Source: Candidatus Rokuibacteriota bacterium
Lineage (GTDB): Bacteria > Methylomirabilota > Methylomirabilia > Rokubacteriales > CSP1-6
DNA: 18,444 nt
Direction of reading: 5' to 3'
NCBI GenBank assembly: GCA_016184305.1
Contig: JACPCX010000156.1
Span: forward strand, 1-18,444
The position numbers were made by a program, and so were the translations under genes. Numbering within the stretch: the first letter of the stretch is position 1; every line of letters starts with the position of its first letter. The notes below the pieces were generated by a model, which saw nothing but the letters and a program-made list of their open reading frames with translations, was not told where the DNA came from and ran no database searches. Below, in pieces: positions 17,388 through 18,444 of this stretch.

Positions 17388-18391
17388 GCCACCCGTCTCT
17401 TCTCATCACCGCCTCCCCCCACCTCGCCGCGGGGGACAGCACGCCGAAGATCATGTGGACCGTCGTGGTGAGCCTGGCGCCGATCGTGGCCGTTGCCACG
17501 TACTTCTTCGGCCCGAGCGCTCCGCTCGTGGTGGCGGCCGCCACCGCCGGCGCGGTGGTGATCGAGCGCGCCTTCGACCGCCGGGGCACCCTCCGTGACG
17601 GCTCGGCGGTGATCACCGGGATCCTGCTGGGGCTCACGCTGCCGCCCGGGCTGCCGCTGTGGATGGCCTTCACCGGCGGGGTGTTCGGCATCGCCATCGG
17701 CAAGCTCGTCTTCGGCGGGCTCGGCCAGAACGTGTTCAACCCCGCCTTGCTGGGGCGCGCCTTTCTCCAGGCCGCGTTCCCGGTGGCGCTGACGACGTGG
17801 CCCGTGCCAGCCGCGGGCGGCTGGTGGAGTCTGCGCGGGGACATCTTCGCGCTGCCATTCGCGAGCCCGCGGGCGCTGGAGACAGTGACCGGCGCCACGC
17901 CGCTGGGCCGGATGAAGTTCGACCACCAGGCCACGCCGTTCCTCGACCTCGTCCTGGGCACCACCTCGGGCTCGCTGGGCGAGACGTCGGGGCTCGTGAT
18001 CCTCCTCTGTGGCAGCTACCTGGCATTGCGCAACTACCTCAACTGGCGGATCCCGGCGAGCATCTTCGCCACCGTCGCCGTCGTCGCCGCCGGCCTGCAC
18101 ACGCTCGATCCGGCCCGCTACCCGGGCGCGGCCTTCATGCTCTTCTCCGGGGGGCTCATGCTGGGCGCCATGTACATGGCCACCGATCTCGTCACCTCGC
18201 CGGTGACGAATCCCGGCTGCTGGCTCTTCGGGGCCGGCATCGGCCTGCTCGTCGTCGTCATCCGGATCTGGGGCGGGCTCGCCGAGGGCGTGATGTACGC
18301 CATCCTCATCATGAACGCCTTCGTTCCCTTCCTGAACCGCTGGACGCAGCCCCGGGTGTTCGGCTCAGCTGGGCTGACGGTGCGCTCGTGA
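17384..18391 (+). CDS. rnfD: Rnf complex subunit D
   Basis: SPH, FGGLGQNVFNPA, TGATPL FMN-attachment motif, GSLGETS, MATD.VTSP, EGVMYAIL; ATGA overlap with rnfC. Confidence 0.95.
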   Translation: MSHPSLLITASPHLAAGDSTPKIMWTVVVSLAPIVAVATYFFGPSAPLVVAAATAGAVVIERAFDRRGTLRDGSAVITGILLGLTLPPGLPLWMAFTGGVFGIAIGKLVFGGLGQNVFNPALLGRAFLQAAFPVALTTWPVPAAGGWWSLRGDIFALPFASPRALETVTGATPLGRMKFDHQATPFLDLVLGTTSGSLGETSGLVILLCGSYLALRNYLNWRIPASIFATVAVVAAGLHTLDPARYPGAAFMLFSGGLMLGAMYMATDLVTSPVTNPGCWLFGAGIGLLVVVIRIWGGLAEGVMYAILIMNAFVPFLNRWTQPRVFGSAGLTVRS

Positions 18392-18444
18392 CGGACGCCG
18401 AGAGCCAGAGCGGGGGCGTGGCGGTGCCGGCAGCGCCCCCGGCG
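18388..18444 (+). CDS. Start of next coupled gene, probably Rnf subunit G (partial)
   Basis: GTGA overlap with the rnfD stop; frame open to the window end (MTDAESQSGGVAVPAAPPA). Identity is inferred only from gene order. Confidence 0.5.
   Translation, partial: MTDAESQSGGVAVPAAPPA

Noticed and set aside
16064..18391. 775-aa ORF suggesting an extended or fused RnfD
   Set aside because: The upstream part is an off-frame overlap with rnfC; the real start is the ATG at 17384.

Overview
This GC-rich bacterial window has two very different halves. Positions ~1-6200 are a disrupted accessory mosaic. It contains a dispersed ~170-bp repeat with a GGGGTC(A/G)GGCTTTG end motif, an intact MNT-HEPN (MntA/HepT-type) toxin-antitoxin pair, and a vapBC-like pair whose PIN toxin is broken. 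It also has an intact acyl-CoA dehydrogenase and biotin carrier protein, plus many truncated or internally deleted genes (ABC substrate-binding protein, PHB-depolymerase-like esterase, Cys/His-rich small protein, DinB, biotin carboxylase, acyl-CoA ligase). Positions 6288-18444 form one intact, tightly coupled + strand anaerobic energy operon: 2-oxoacid:ferredoxin oxidoreductase alpha/beta, a 340-aa 'hypothetical', rnfB, a 1668-aa PFOR with a tethered C-terminal ferredoxin, rnfC, rnfD and the probable start of rnfG. The most notable observation is that the hypothetical aligns by eye with the TPP domain of the neighbouring PFOR but lacks its TPP and Fe-S motifs. This suggests a catalytically dead adaptor subunit of an OFOR/PFOR-Rnf assembly. 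The ABC-SBP fragment is of a type I associate with Ca. Rokubacteria/Methylomirabilota; that host assignment is an unverified inference.
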